The notes under the pieces were generated by a model. That model made no database searches. It was not told the DNA's origin and saw nothing but the letters and a program-made list of their open reading frames with translations. Below, in pieces: positions 9,078 through 19,342 of a stretch of 64,000 nt of DNA. This stretch comes from a virus (Duplodnaviria > Heunggongvirae > Uroviricota > Caudoviricetes). Within the stretch, counting starts at the first letter, position 1. Each line of letters begins with the position of its first letter. The translations under genes were made by a program, and so were the position numbers. The stretch is taken from the IMG/VR virus record IMGVR_UViG_3300014205_000193. The stretch is one strand, 5' to 3'.

Positions 9078-11088
9078 TTAACCAGCAGATCTTCCAAAAA
9101 GAAGATCCCCATTAGTTGCTGCTAGATCTTGCAGATCTCCTCGGCTATTTCTAATTCCGAACCTTTTTATATTCCGGGAGAACGACGGATTCAGCGGCAC
9201 CAGGAGGTCACCGTTTCGTCGGTCGTAACTGATGAGTGGGTCGAACCCTGCCCATCGGTCGGGGTCTACTGAAGGCACGGCTACACCGCCGCGAGCTACT
9301 GCAAAGAAATCACCTGTCTTGACTGTGACACGCTTGCTGGTGTACGTCTGAGGCATTGGTCGTCCAGCGGCTAATCGAGGATTAACCGGTAAAAACCGTG
9401 CGTGCTCAACTATGGGCGTTCCGTCCGCCTCTATGCTAAGTACGTTGAATGCCGGTCTAGTGGCATTCCAGATTTTTATCCATTTGGGACTCAAGCAAAG
9501 CCTGGCACACCGGCGACTACATCGCCAGTCAAATCTATCTGACTTAAAACTATTGCCTTCCTGTCGATACCATCGTCCAGAGCGGGAGCGTTTAAACTTC
9601 CCTCCGGTCTTACTGGCCTCGGTCAGGCGGGCACGTGCTGGGTCGTCCATACGCTCCAGCATATCCTCTGTTATCTCTAAATAATTATGTCTTTTATATA
9701 AACTCTGGCTGGCCCGCTCATACTTCCGCTGGCCGCTCGCACTTAACATGAGGTTCTCCGCAATGCGTGTGCGGCAGACCGGAGTATCCCAGGAGGTTAT
9801 TACCCCTTCATATAGCCATGCCCTCATGGCGGATGTTCCCGCGTTTAGTAACTGTATGAACCCTGAATCTATCTTAGCAGTTTTGGCTGCAAAGACTGTG
9901 GCATATGGGCGGCGCACCTTATCCACCGGCACACGCTTGAGTGGGGTGAGCCGAGTTCCATAATCCGTTGGTATCTCTTCTATGTACTTGTAAGATTTTT
10001 TATCTGTGCGATGGTAGATACGCTTATATCGCAACTTCGGGTCCCGGTTGTGTCGGCTAACCCAGGCAGATTCGTGCTTCTTCACGTATTCAGACTGTGA
10101 CCGCATTGTGAGCATCATTTCAGGTGTCAGGCTTCTAGCGTGTGTTATTCTGGTGGGTGAACCCAGGAAGCCGCATTTGATCAGTCTCAGCAACACCGCA
10201 CGGCCTGCACGACCTACTCTTGGGTTGGAGATGAAGCTGGAAAGGAATGTGAGAGCATCCCGCACCTTCAGGTGGGTACTGCGTCGGGTCTTTCTCTGAT
10301 ATGCCATTAGAGCATAGTATATGAAAATCTCCGATATATGTCGCTCTTTCAAGGCCACCTGCAACGCCATACTATCTATCTGCAAGGCGGTGCCAAGTGC
10401 AGGTAACTTTTCCGGGTCGATTATATTTGCAGGCTGCTCCAATAGACGAGATAGTTGAGAGTCTCGTGCATCACCGTTAATAGTTAGGTGGTGTATTTTA
10501 GTACGATATTGACGTTTAACCTGATCCATTTGCTGGGATAACGATATATCTTCTGTATTGCTGGGGTTTCCTTTATACGTGGGAATGTATCGTCCAGCCG
10601 CTTCGCCAAAGTCTTTAATATCCTCTAGTAGGGTGGCAGCTCTATCCCATGAATCCACCATATCACGTCGTTGCAGGGTATGGGGGTTCGTTAAATACCG
10701 GGTCCGCGCGTCTAACATCGGTATGATCGCACTGCCAGTCTCAACCTCTCGGCGCATCCCGTGTGCCATTAACCAACCTCGGAGGTGGTCATTGAAGTCC
10801 TGATCCTGCCCCACACTTCTGCCGGTACCCAAGTTACGATCGATGAGCAAGGTAGGGCGTCCTTTGAGAATATTATACGCTACCCGACCATCAGGTGTAT
10901 GTCGTTCCTCATAGCGTACATTATAGATTAGGTTCTCGGCAACCAACCCGGAAGGGTTGTCATAGGTGTGTAGTTTATGGCAGGTGCCCGCAGCACTCGC
11001 GATGGTCAGCGTCCACCCGCCTTTTGGTCGAGCAGCGGAGTCCACAATGAATGCGGGAGTCTCCTTAATATTGATCATTGACATCGAT
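9078..11088 (-). CDS. hypothetical Arg-rich protein (about 670 aa) in a GC-rich island
   Basis: Long uninterrupted ORF whose likely start is MSMINIKETP. The region is conspicuously GC-richer than its flanks and the protein is very Arg-rich. I could not assign polymerase, terminase, RT or recombinase motifs. Confidence 0.5.
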
Positions 11089-11201
11089 AATAATTTAACC
11101 AATCTGCTTAAAAAAAGCAATACCAAATATGGTGTGTTTTTTAACTAACCGACTACCGCCTATTGTGGTATGCCTTTAAAATCATAAAATATATAAAAAA
11201 C

Positions 11202-11549
11202 CTAAAAAATAGCAGCAGCCAATTTTTTTATATCCGTAATGTGCATTTTAAGGGTGCCATCCGCGCTTGCATCCAGCTCTGCGTTGAATTCTTCCACCTT
11301 ATCTTTGATTATTTCAGCGATTCGGTTGTCGTTTAATGTGATCATGGTAACCGCGTCTACATGCGGTTTGGAGGTTGCGCCGCCACTGATGTGTTCATAC
11401 ACTATGGGTACCTGTTCTAGTAGAACATGAAAATCATACAGTTCCCGCATTAAGGCATCTTTATTAAGATTACCAACATCATCCTCTAGGATATCTTTCC
11501 AGAACTCTTCGTATGTTTTTATATAATCAGGTTTGGCGGACATTGACAC
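11202..11549 (-). CDS. hypothetical acidic protein
   Basis: 115-aa ORF with no recognised motif. Confidence 0.45.
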   Translation of the reverse strand: MSMSAKPDYIKTYEEFWKDILEDDVGNLNKDALMRELYDFHVLLEQVPIVYEHISGGATSKPHVDAVTMITLNDNRIAEIIKDKVEEFNAELDASADGTLKMHITDIKKLAAAIF

Positions 11550-11562
11550 CCTCCTTTTTAAG

Positions 11563-11883
11563 TTATTTATTTTTCAATTTGCGTGCTTCTTTTCTTAATG
11601 TGAACTTTAATATCTGCACCATTATCTGGTGACTAATTTTCTTTACTATGGTTTCCAGAATGTGTTTGATTCCCCAATACAAGCAGAGACTGGGGGATAT
11701 AAATAAAGCGAATAAAATTGCCTGTAATATCTTATACCAAGGGAATGGGTCATAAGATTCCGGGTACCGCGGCTCCAATGTCTCGCCGATAACAATACCA
11801 CAGATAATTATACCTACTATGATATAGCTGAATACGCAGGAGGAAAGTACGGGGTGCTGTGTTACGATATTATCAATGGACAT
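11563..11883 (-). CDS. small membrane protein (3 predicted TM segments)
   Basis: Hydrophobic stretches VLSSCVFSYIIVGIIICGIVIG and LQAILFALFISPSLCLYWGI. Confidence 0.45.
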   Translation of the reverse strand: MSIDNIVTQHPVLSSCVFSYIIVGIIICGIVIGETLEPRYPESYDPFPWYKILQAILFALFISPSLCLYWGIKHILETIVKKISHQIMVQILKFTLRKEARKLKNK

Positions 11884-11982
11884 TGGGACACCTCCAGTTA
11901 AGCTGTCAGTAATATATTATTTATTTCGTGAGTAATGAAATAGTTATTGTGCATAGTTTATTTTTTTATTATTTTAATCCTC
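11884..11982. promoter_or_regulatory. divergent promoter / strand-switch region
   Basis: AT-rich 100-bp gap separating the minus-strand block (1-11883) from the plus-strand block (11983 onward). Confidence 0.4.
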
Positions 11983-12522
11983 ATGATTGACTGGAATAAA
12001 CTTGTATTACAGGGTATTCAGCAGAAGCAGGAGGAATTCCTCCCGTTGCTGGATTTAATGACAACGAGGAACTACCATAAAGTTTTGGAGATAGGCTCCT
12101 ATTCTGGTGGAACTACTATGGCTTTTATGGCTGTTGCGGACCTGGTTGTATCTGTAGATAAGACCAAGCGGCACGACCTTAACCCTCACACTTTTATACA
12201 GGGATTAAGTGAAGATCCTGTAACCATTGACCAGGTGCGGAAGTATGGTATGTTTGATGTTTTATTCATTGACGGAGACCATACTCAGGCCGGGTGTATG
12301 GAAGATTATAAAAACTATTCTCGCATGGTTGCGCCTGAAGGTATTATTTGTTTTAATGGAATTTTAGATAGCCACGAAGCTCGCGACAAAGGTTGCTATG
12401 TCTCCGCAGTGTGGAATGAGATATGTACCAGATATCCCGAGGATATTATGGAGTTTGTTTCTCAGCCTATGGAGGAAGGTGGCATAGGTGTGCTATTCAA
12501 CGGTCGTATCAACATTATCTAA
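11983..12522 (+). CDS. class I SAM-dependent methyltransferase (Methyltransf_24/TylF-like)
   Basis: Motif I VLEIGSYSGGTT and VLFIDGDH. Start taken at the internal Met MIDWNKL; the longest ORF begins at 11947. Confidence 0.6.
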   Translation: MIDWNKLVLQGIQQKQEEFLPLLDLMTTRNYHKVLEIGSYSGGTTMAFMAVADLVVSVDKTKRHDLNPHTFIQGLSEDPVTIDQVRKYGMFDVLFIDGDHTQAGCMEDYKNYSRMVAPEGIICFNGILDSHEARDKGCYVSAVWNEICTRYPEDIMEFVSQPMEEGGIGVLFNGRINII

Positions 12523-12623
12523 CCTCTTGGTTTTATCTTATTTTATTTTTTTGTTGCTAAAAAATAGATTAGCTATTATATTACTGACGTAATGCAATTT
12601 TAATTTTTCTGCCCGGGGTACAA

Positions 12624-12914
12624 ATGGCTAAGAAAAAAAACTACGATGTTCCGTTAGCAAAATACTACTGGGAGAAAGAAATTGAGAGACATTTCGCCTT
12701 TGACCCTATAGTGCCTCTAATACTTAAGTTACATGCAGCAGGAATTACAGAACAGAAGTTTGCTCGTCTTAGCCTACAGCTTCGGGATGAATATCGTATT
12801 AAGATTATGAATGCTCTCAGAGATATTGCGTGTATGAACGGTGATTTTATTGTCGGGAGTATTGAGCCACGTAGGTATAACATTAAGGACGCGGTTTCAT
12901 ATTTGCAGAGTTAG
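12624..12914 (+). CDS. hypothetical protein
   Basis: 96-aa ORF. Confidence 0.45.
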   Translation: MAKKKNYDVPLAKYYWEKEIERHFAFDPIVPLILKLHAAGITEQKFARLSLQLRDEYRIKIMNALRDIACMNGDFIVGSIEPRRYNIKDAVSYLQS

Positions 12915-12951
12915 TACCAGTAGGAAGGGTGAGAATAATGGGCGGGAATCT

Positions 12952-13377
12952 ATGTTAGTTCAGTGTTCCATAGTTAAGAAGCGTGGGGTCGGAGGATTAT
13001 ATAATTGTAATTCTAGTGATGTATATTGTCAACACATTGTGCCTCACAAGAGGAACGCGGGTTGTGGCAAATGTGCGCTGGCAGAAGTAAGTTGTGCACC
13101 ACCTAAGAAACGCAAGAGTTCTCCTCGATTAAAATGTAAAGGGCACACATCGAATACACCGGAAACTTATGAATTTGAATGCGATTATGATACCGGAATA
13201 GATTGTGTTGATTGTGTTATATACATGGGCACACTTTCTCCTCAGACTGGTAAACCTTTTAGAGGTAATTTTAAGTTATATGAGAAGGCATTTAAGAAAA
13301 AATTAAAAGAACAGACTAAGAAGCCTAAGTTAATCAGATTAAAAGTACCCGGTACGTGGGGCTGGGGGCGTAAGTAA
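12952..13377 (+). CDS. Cys-rich hypothetical protein (putative zinc-binding)
   Basis: Multiple CxxC-like pairs (CGKC, CVDC) and a basic PPKKRKS patch. Start taken at an internal Met to avoid overlap with the upstream gene. Confidence 0.35.
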   Translation: MLVQCSIVKKRGVGGLYNCNSSDVYCQHIVPHKRNAGCGKCALAEVSCAPPKKRKSSPRLKCKGHTSNTPETYEFECDYDTGIDCVDCVIYMGTLSPQTGKPFRGNFKLYEKAFKKKLKEQTKKPKLIRLKVPGTWGWGRK

Positions 13378-13389
13378 AAGGGGTTATAT

Positions 13390-13761
13390 ATGGTTGATTC
13401 AGATATTCCTAATGATATAATGGATCGTATGCGGGCTGAGTTGGAAGATCCCACAGAGATAGTTAAACGGGTAGACGTACTCCTGGATGATTACTTCTGG
13501 CTGCCTACGCTGGATACGCACAAGAGGCATGCAATTTCTCACGATGACCACGATGGTAACCCCGCTTCAGGGGTATTGACGTTAACTATCGGCATGGATG
13601 GTGATATATGGATTAAAACAACTGGGACTTCTCTGCGCTATAGGATGCATGACGGAGGTGGTAAATATCCACGAGTTCGTAATGCACTGTTTATTCTGGC
13701 CCATGCGATGGCAGGTTATGAGGAGCAAGATAAAAGGGATAATGGTGGACATGCATTATAA
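13390..13761 (+). CDS. hypothetical protein
   Basis: 123-aa ORF with RBS-like GGGG upstream. Confidence 0.45.
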   Translation: MVDSDIPNDIMDRMRAELEDPTEIVKRVDVLLDDYFWLPTLDTHKRHAISHDDHDGNPASGVLTLTIGMDGDIWIKTTGTSLRYRMHDGGGKYPRVRNALFILAHAMAGYEEQDKRDNGGHAL

Positions 13762-13957
13762 TAAGACCATACTATACACAATGGCAGCAATGGGGATGGG
13801 TTTAGGACTGCCTTCGTACCGCAGGAAGCCGCCAACCGCAGTTAAATGTAGTCTGCCAAGCTGCGATAATCTAACCACACATCACGGCGGCTACTGCTGT
13901 GCGGCGCATTGTGAAGAACATAAGCATCTGGACCGAATAGCCAGGAAGGGAAAATAA
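13742..13957 (+). CDS. small Cys/His-rich protein
   Basis: CSLPSCDN..HHGGYCCAAHCEEHKH. Start trimmed to the internal ATG that overlaps the upstream stop. Confidence 0.3.
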   Translation: MVDMHYNKTILYTMAAMGMGLGLPSYRRKPPTAVKCSLPSCDNLTTHHGGYCCAAHCEEHKHLDRIARKGK

Positions 13958-14355
13958 TGCCAAGAGAACGTCGCCGTAAGCAGCCTGAAGGAATTACGCT
14001 GGAAGAGAAGAACAAACAGAATATCTGGGATTCAATAGATGCTTTTATTGAAGTACTAGATAAAATGCGAGATGGTGATTGGGTATGGTATTTAAACTCT
14101 CGGTGTAAATATGTGGACTTGCGAGTAGACATGCGGGATGGCGGCTGCCTCATGATGATTGATGATGGTAATTTTAAGGGAAATAAGATTAGAATAGATC
14201 CAACAGAATTAGCATTCCAATATGGTAAGTCGGAGGATACTGTGCCTGCTAAGGAGGCCATCGACATCCAGGACGACCCCAAAGGCAGGGAAGGCCAGTC
14301 TCGGGCACGGGACACGTCGAGTAGTCGGGAGTGGTCTCCTTATCGGGCGCATTAA
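13957..14355 (+). CDS. hypothetical protein
   Basis: 132-aa ORF; ATGA overlap with the upstream stop. Confidence 0.45.
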   Translation: MPRERRRKQPEGITLEEKNKQNIWDSIDAFIEVLDKMRDGDWVWYLNSRCKYVDLRVDMRDGGCLMMIDDGNFKGNKIRIDPTELAFQYGKSEDTVPAKEAIDIQDDPKGREGQSRARDTSSSREWSPYRAH

Positions 14356-14365
14356 ATAGGAGGGT

Positions 14366-14566
14366 ATGATGATGTCATCATTTTCAAAGCAGGGTATGAC
14401 ACTGTTGGAAGTTGTCAAGGCTTATCCAGAAGCGGTAGCCAAAGCAATTGAGGAGCTTCATACTAGATATGCTGGGTTGAACGTACATATAATCACTGGA
14501 CCTTACGGCCGGTGTGAGTGCGGCAAAGATGGTAAAACTTGTGCACAGATATTAACAGATTTGTGA
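14366..14566 (+). CDS. hypothetical protein
   Basis: 66-aa ORF with GGAGG RBS. Confidence 0.4.
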   Translation: MMMSSFSKQGMTLLEVVKAYPEAVAKAIEELHTRYAGLNVHIITGPYGRCECGKDGKTCAQILTDL

Positions 14567-14572
14567 GGTAAT

Positions 14573-14923
14573 ATGGAAAACCGTATTGATATATTTGAAG
14601 TTCCGAAGGCAGAAGCCGCCGTTGTCCGCACTATGGATATTCATGTAGAGATGAATAGTGAGGGTTGTATGGTTCAGCGGCGTACCAATGCAGGCACAGC
14701 ATTTCAGAATTTAAAAATGACAGCTTTTTGTATAAGTAATCTAACTATAGCTGCACTATCAGATTTAGATAAACTAGATGAGGTTGTTTCTCCTGGCGCA
14801 GTAGGTGCACAAACTGTATTAGCTGACCTTCGTGCATTTTTAACCAGCACACGGGATGCATCTAAAGTAATGGCCGACATGTTCCAGGTTAAGCCACGCT
14901 CTGCCGGGGGCCAAGATTTATAA
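14573..14923 (+). CDS. hypothetical protein
   Basis: 116-aa ORF. Confidence 0.45.
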   Translation: MENRIDIFEVPKAEAAVVRTMDIHVEMNSEGCMVQRRTNAGTAFQNLKMTAFCISNLTIAALSDLDKLDEVVSPGAVGAQTVLADLRAFLTSTRDASKVMADMFQVKPRSAGGQDL

Positions 14924-16431
14924 TGGTTACATTTATTGTTGATACCAATTTTACTTATGTTGATAGACCGGATCTGGTGCGCACCGCTATTGAGCGGTAT
15001 TTTGTCATAAAGAAAGATGGGTTTGTTCAAGGTATTGATTTTAAGGAGTATGCTGAATCAGGTAAGGTGCAGCTTAAAACTAAATACCATTCAGAAACAA
15101 TTAACCTGTATAATTACCAGACGCAGAAGTTTCCCACTGGTCGGCTGGGTTATATTGTTGATTGGTGTTACGATAACGGACTTCCTTGGAAGATTATTGA
15201 TAATAGGATTAAGCCTGTTCGGCATTTGGATATTGAGTATATAGGACCGCCGTCTGATGGCTCTAATGGCTTACCTGCCAGACCCTATCAAACGAGGGCA
15301 TCCGAGGTTCTTAAAGAACATGGGGGCAGAGGTATACTTTGGCATGCAACTGCCAGTGGTAAGACTATTACAGCTTCACACATTATTGCGGATTTGGGTG
15401 TTAATACATTGTATATGGTACCCTCTATTGAATTACTGGATCAAACGGCAGATGCTTTGACTTCGTTTTTAAAGCTACCTAAAGGGCAGCATATAGGGCG
15501 AATAGGTGAGGGGCAGTGGGATGCTCAACCAATAACAGTAGCCACTACGCAAACATTATGGGCTAGGTTTGATACTGAGTTATGTAAGAAGTTGTTGTCC
15601 AACACAGAGTTATTAATAGGAGATGAAATCCATCACGTTGGTAGTAAAGACAAGGGTCGTACCACCAAAGATTCAAAGGGTAAAGGCTATGATGTAAACT
15701 CCTGGTATATCCTAGCATTGCATTGTCCCGCCTATTACCGAGTAGGTTTAACAGGTACTCCGGGTAAGGATCTGGAGCAGAAGCGATCGTTTATTGAGTT
15801 GTCTTTTGGGAGGGTTATAGATAGAGTATCTGCCAGAGAATTAATAGATGCAGGCATTATTTCTGATGTTGAGATTCACATACATGATATTAAATATAAT
15901 CGAATGTTTCCTGACTTCCCCACTGCGCGTAAAGAGGGTATTTTTTTAAATGATAAGTTTAATGAATATGTGGTGGCTATTACGGTGGCTGAGTTAAAAT
16001 TAGGTAGAAGTGTATTATTACTTACAGATTCTAAGGCACATCAGGGGCCGATGTTGGAGCAGATATTTGCTCGACAGGGTATGTCGGTTCCTTTTATATC
16101 GGGGGAGAGTGGAAGAAAGAGTAGGAAAGATGTGCGGGATAATTTCAAGGATGGAAGTTTAAGGGCGTTGATTGGTACAATATATAGGGAAGGTGTTGAT
16201 TTTCCAGCTCTCGACACAGGAATACTTTGTGGGGGTGGTAAGGACGAGAAGAAAACTATACAGTTTCTAGGGAGGGTGTTGCGGAAGGCTAAAGGGAAGG
16301 ACGTTGCACATTTTCATGATTTTAATTTTAAAGACAAGAAATGGCTCCAACAGCACAGCCGGCTGCGCTTAAGCCATCTGATTGAGGAAGAGCTTGATAA
16401 AATAATAAAACATCCAGGAATAACTATTTAA
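14923..16431 (+). CDS. superfamily-2 DEAD/DEAH-box (ResIII-like) helicase
   Basis: Motif I HATASGKT, motif II LLIGDEIHHVG, motif III GLTGTPG, motif VI QFLGRVLR. Confidence 0.75.
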   Translation: MVTFIVDTNFTYVDRPDLVRTAIERYFVIKKDGFVQGIDFKEYAESGKVQLKTKYHSETINLYNYQTQKFPTGRLGYIVDWCYDNGLPWKIIDNRIKPVRHLDIEYIGPPSDGSNGLPARPYQTRASEVLKEHGGRGILWHATASGKTITASHIIADLGVNTLYMVPSIELLDQTADALTSFLKLPKGQHIGRIGEGQWDAQPITVATTQTLWARFDTELCKKLLSNTELLIGDEIHHVGSKDKGRTTKDSKGKGYDVNSWYILALHCPAYYRVGLTGTPGKDLEQKRSFIELSFGRVIDRVSARELIDAGIISDVEIHIHDIKYNRMFPDFPTARKEGIFLNDKFNEYVVAITVAELKLGRSVLLLTDSKAHQGPMLEQIFARQGMSVPFISGESGRKSRKDVRDNFKDGSLRALIGTIYREGVDFPALDTGILCGGGKDEKKTIQFLGRVLRKAKGKDVAHFHDFNFKDKKWLQQHSRLRLSHLIEEELDKIIKHPGITI

Positions 16432-16470
16432 TTATTGCAATACTATGCTGATTAAACTATATTATTATCT

Positions 16471-16659
16471 ATGTTAAAATATAACACTGTTAAATTGCAG
16501 GCTTTAAAATGGGGTATTTCTGAAGGTCGGATCATTAAACTAATAGCTGATGGTCGTATTCCGACTGCTACTAGAATTGGTCGGGCATGGGTACTCCCCA
16601 ATGTTGTGAAAGACCCTCGTAAATGCCCTGGTTGGCAATTAGGGCGGAAAAGAAAATGA
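16471..16659 (+). CDS. small helix-turn-helix DNA-binding protein
   Basis: 62-aa ORF with an HTH-like segment LQALKWGISEGRIIKLIADGRIP. Confidence 0.4.
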   Translation: MLKYNTVKLQALKWGISEGRIIKLIADGRIPTATRIGRAWVLPNVVKDPRKCPGWQLGRKRK

Positions 16660-17699
16660 GAAAAAGAAATTTAATTAAAGACATTCCAGGATACAACGGA
16701 AAATATCGTATTGGTGAAGATGGGGTAGTATATAGGAGACAGATAACATACATCAAAGTAAAGGGTTTTTGTGATCCTACAGGGTACAAAAGTGTTCGAT
16801 TATATGCTGATGGGTATAGTGGTGTAAACATGTCTATCCATAGGCTTGTTGCAACTGTGTTTATAGAGAATAAACGCAACTTACCAATTGTACATCACAT
16901 TGACGGCAACCCTAGTAATAACTATAAAGGAAACTTGGAATGGTCTTCTTATTCACACAATAATAAGCATGCTTATGCGGTTAGTCGTGAGAAATATAAT
17001 CCGACTATTGATATTCCGAAAGAACAATTTGTTAATCTCCAGGATGCGAAGATAGCTAATCTCTCTAGTAAGCAAGAGTTATTTGTTCCATATTTGTACG
17101 ATCCAGCATACAAAGTCTCTAACAGAGGGCGTATACTATCTGTTAAGCAGGGTAAAACTAAACTACTGCGTCAGAAGCAGACTAGAGGTGGTTATTGTGC
17201 TCTTTCTCTACTGGTCACAGGCAGGGTTAAACATGTAAATATACATCGACTTGTCGCAGAACACTTTATTCCTAACCCAAATAATTTTAAAGTTGTTAAC
17301 CATAAGAATGGGATTAAGACAGATAACAGGGTTGAAAATTTAGAGTATTGTTCACATTCCTACAATACGCAACATGCTTGGAATACAGGTTTGATTACTC
17401 TTACACCAACCAAATTGGCTAAATTACATAAATATGGTTTTAAACCCAATAGGCAGCAGACCTACACCGAGAAATTAAAGCGATGCCGGAGTAACAACCC
17501 CTATCAAATTGCTGAGATATCTTCGAACGGGAGAATACTAAAAACCTGGTATTTTGCTAAAGATGTACAACAAGAGATGGGTATAAATAGGAAGTTGATC
17601 GGATTATGTGCTAAAGGAAAAATTACTGCTGTTGCAGGGAGAATATTTAGATATGTCCAAGAAGATAATTTGGGTGCTTTAAAGGTAGTGTCTGTATGA
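16656..17699 (+). CDS. HNH homing endonuclease with tandemly duplicated NUMOD4 + HNH_3 modules
   Basis: Two copies of the module: first IPGYNGKYRIGEDG ... HRLVATVFI..VHHIDGNPSNN..NLEW, second VPYLYDPAYKVSNRG ... HRLVAEHFI..VNHKNGIKTDN..NLEY. ATGA overlap with the upstream stop. Confidence 0.75.
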   Translation: MRKRNLIKDIPGYNGKYRIGEDGVVYRRQITYIKVKGFCDPTGYKSVRLYADGYSGVNMSIHRLVATVFIENKRNLPIVHHIDGNPSNNYKGNLEWSSYSHNNKHAYAVSREKYNPTIDIPKEQFVNLQDAKIANLSSKQELFVPYLYDPAYKVSNRGRILSVKQGKTKLLRQKQTRGGYCALSLLVTGRVKHVNIHRLVAEHFIPNPNNFKVVNHKNGIKTDNRVENLEYCSHSYNTQHAWNTGLITLTPTKLAKLHKYGFKPNRQQTYTEKLKRCRSNNPYQIAEISSNGRILKTWYFAKDVQQEMGINRKLIGLCAKGKITAVAGRIFRYVQEDNLGALKVVSV

Positions 17700-18259
17700 G
17701 CACACCGCAGGTAATAGATATACAGGACTGGATACGAAATGAGGTGCTGCCTCGTCGTCGCATGGACGCGCATATACATGAGATTGTATTCGGTCAGCCG
17801 TCATTAGGGTTTGCTGCTTATGAGGCGGACTATGATATAATCCGTAATCCTACTACGGAGTATATGAAAAGTAATGGGGAGTGCTCCTGTACTGACCCAG
17901 TGTATCTTAACAAATGTGTATGTGATAAAAAAGATGCTTTTTACGCTAAGACTAAGTTAGATAGTTCCACAGCTAAGTTTTTCGGACACTATGCAGATTG
18001 TTTACGAGTTGTTCCACAATATACTGCTAACACAACAGAAGCGTTGTATCTGGTGCATATTCTGCGGCATATTTTAAAGTACACAATTGAATCACAAGTC
18101 ACAGGTTGGCGAGTGCAGCTTGAATCCGTACTCAGAACTGGTGGTTTTGAATCATCTATATGCAGTGAAAGTTTACCTATGGCAATAGGGGATCTATTAT
18201 TAATTTATTTTAAAATGCATACCGAGGGTTTCCCTTTAAAACAAATGGAGGATTTATGA
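17696..18259 (+). CDS. hypothetical protein
   Basis: 187-aa ORF. Confidence 0.5.
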   Translation: MSTPQVIDIQDWIRNEVLPRRRMDAHIHEIVFGQPSLGFAAYEADYDIIRNPTTEYMKSNGECSCTDPVYLNKCVCDKKDAFYAKTKLDSSTAKFFGHYADCLRVVPQYTANTTEALYLVHILRHILKYTIESQVTGWRVQLESVLRTGGFESSICSESLPMAIGDLLLIYFKMHTEGFPLKQMEDL

Positions 18260-19161
18260 GTATAAGAAGTAAAAACAAGCAAGGCGACAAATCGACGCCA
18301 AAGGGAGCCGAGGCTGTAGCTGCCACCGCCGCAAACACGAGTGTTACTAGTGCCACTACAATTAATGTGCCTAATGGTACCTCTATATGGTACTCAACAG
18401 GCTATACCCAGACAGACCCTTACGGGCCTGCTACTAATGGTTGGATGGACAATGTCAGCGAGATCGTCAGCACCAAAGCATATATTCACAGAAGATTGCT
18501 TAATGGTAAGAAGAAGCGAGGAGACACCACAGGAGCTAACAATAGCAGTAATCGTTTAAAGATACTCTCTCCTATAGTTATGTACCGGTTTGTTAAAGAT
18601 CGGTTTAGAATCTTAGAACGTTCCCGGCTAGCTACTCGATTAGATAAGGTAGCAAAGCTGATGGAGAATGCGAAAGTGCTAGGACAGATCGCGATGGCTG
18701 ATCGTATTAGTGAGAGGTTTGGAAAGCTAATAAGGGAGCAGGAGCTACTGGCTTGCGGATATACTAAATATTTACCAAAGAAGTTAGTTCAGCAGTTCAT
18801 TGACTTGACTACTAACAAGGTAATCAAGTTGACTCCATTAAAGAATTATGTTAGGCCCATTCCTAAAAATGTGCAGAAGGTATTGGATGATGTGCAGAAA
18901 AAGAAGTTGTTCGATGGTTACATAATAATGCATACTGATGTCAATAATACCGCAGTAGAAAAGACACGAGAAGAGAAAAAGGACCCTATACTATTTGGTA
19001 CTCTTGATGACGCACCTGACATTCTATATTTTATTGCCGACTGGATTGATGAATACTGTGATTTAACTTTTGACCAGTTGATTGATACACTTGACCTGAC
19101 TAAGGAAGAATACAAGATTGAATCTGATGTTGAACAGTCTTTCTTGGACACCATACTTTAA
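18256..19161 (+). CDS. hypothetical protein, paralog of 32962-33930
   Basis: Shares the C-terminal block R(P)IP...Y(I/V)I(M/L)H.D...DPILFG....YFIADW.DE.CDLTF..L with the 32962 gene. Confidence 0.55.
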   Translation: MSIRSKNKQGDKSTPKGAEAVAATAANTSVTSATTINVPNGTSIWYSTGYTQTDPYGPATNGWMDNVSEIVSTKAYIHRRLLNGKKKRGDTTGANNSSNRLKILSPIVMYRFVKDRFRILERSRLATRLDKVAKLMENAKVLGQIAMADRISERFGKLIREQELLACGYTKYLPKKLVQQFIDLTTNKVIKLTPLKNYVRPIPKNVQKVLDDVQKKKLFDGYIIMHTDVNNTAVEKTREEKKDPILFGTLDDAPDILYFIADWIDEYCDLTFDQLIDTLDLTKEEYKIESDVEQSFLDTIL

Positions 19162-19180
19162 ATCACAGGATATGAATTAA

Positions 19181-19342
19181 ATGACAGAATTCAAAGTAAC
19201 CCAGCAGCAGCAGCTTGAGCTGCTTAAGAACGACCCCGTGCATTATCAGCTTAGTATAACTTGGGATTGGAAGGAGCAAGCATATTGCTTTTCATGTGAT
19301 TCCAGAACAGCGCAACAGGTAAAGAAAATTATTGATAATTGA
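19181..19342 (+). CDS. small hypothetical protein (53 aa)
   Basis: Short ORF MTEFKVTQQQQLELLKND... in the gap between annotated genes; weak evidence. Confidence 0.2.
   Translation: MTEFKVTQQQQLELLKNDPVHYQLSITWDWKEQAYCFSCDSRTAQQVKKIIDN

Noticed and set aside
9088-9107. Perfect 8-bp palindrome AGATCTTC-caaaaa-GAAGATCT looking like a terminator
   Set aside because: It lies inside the C-terminal codons of the 9078-11088 minus-strand gene and is not followed by a T-run in the transcribed direction. More likely it reflects coding sequence or a restriction-site-like palindrome.
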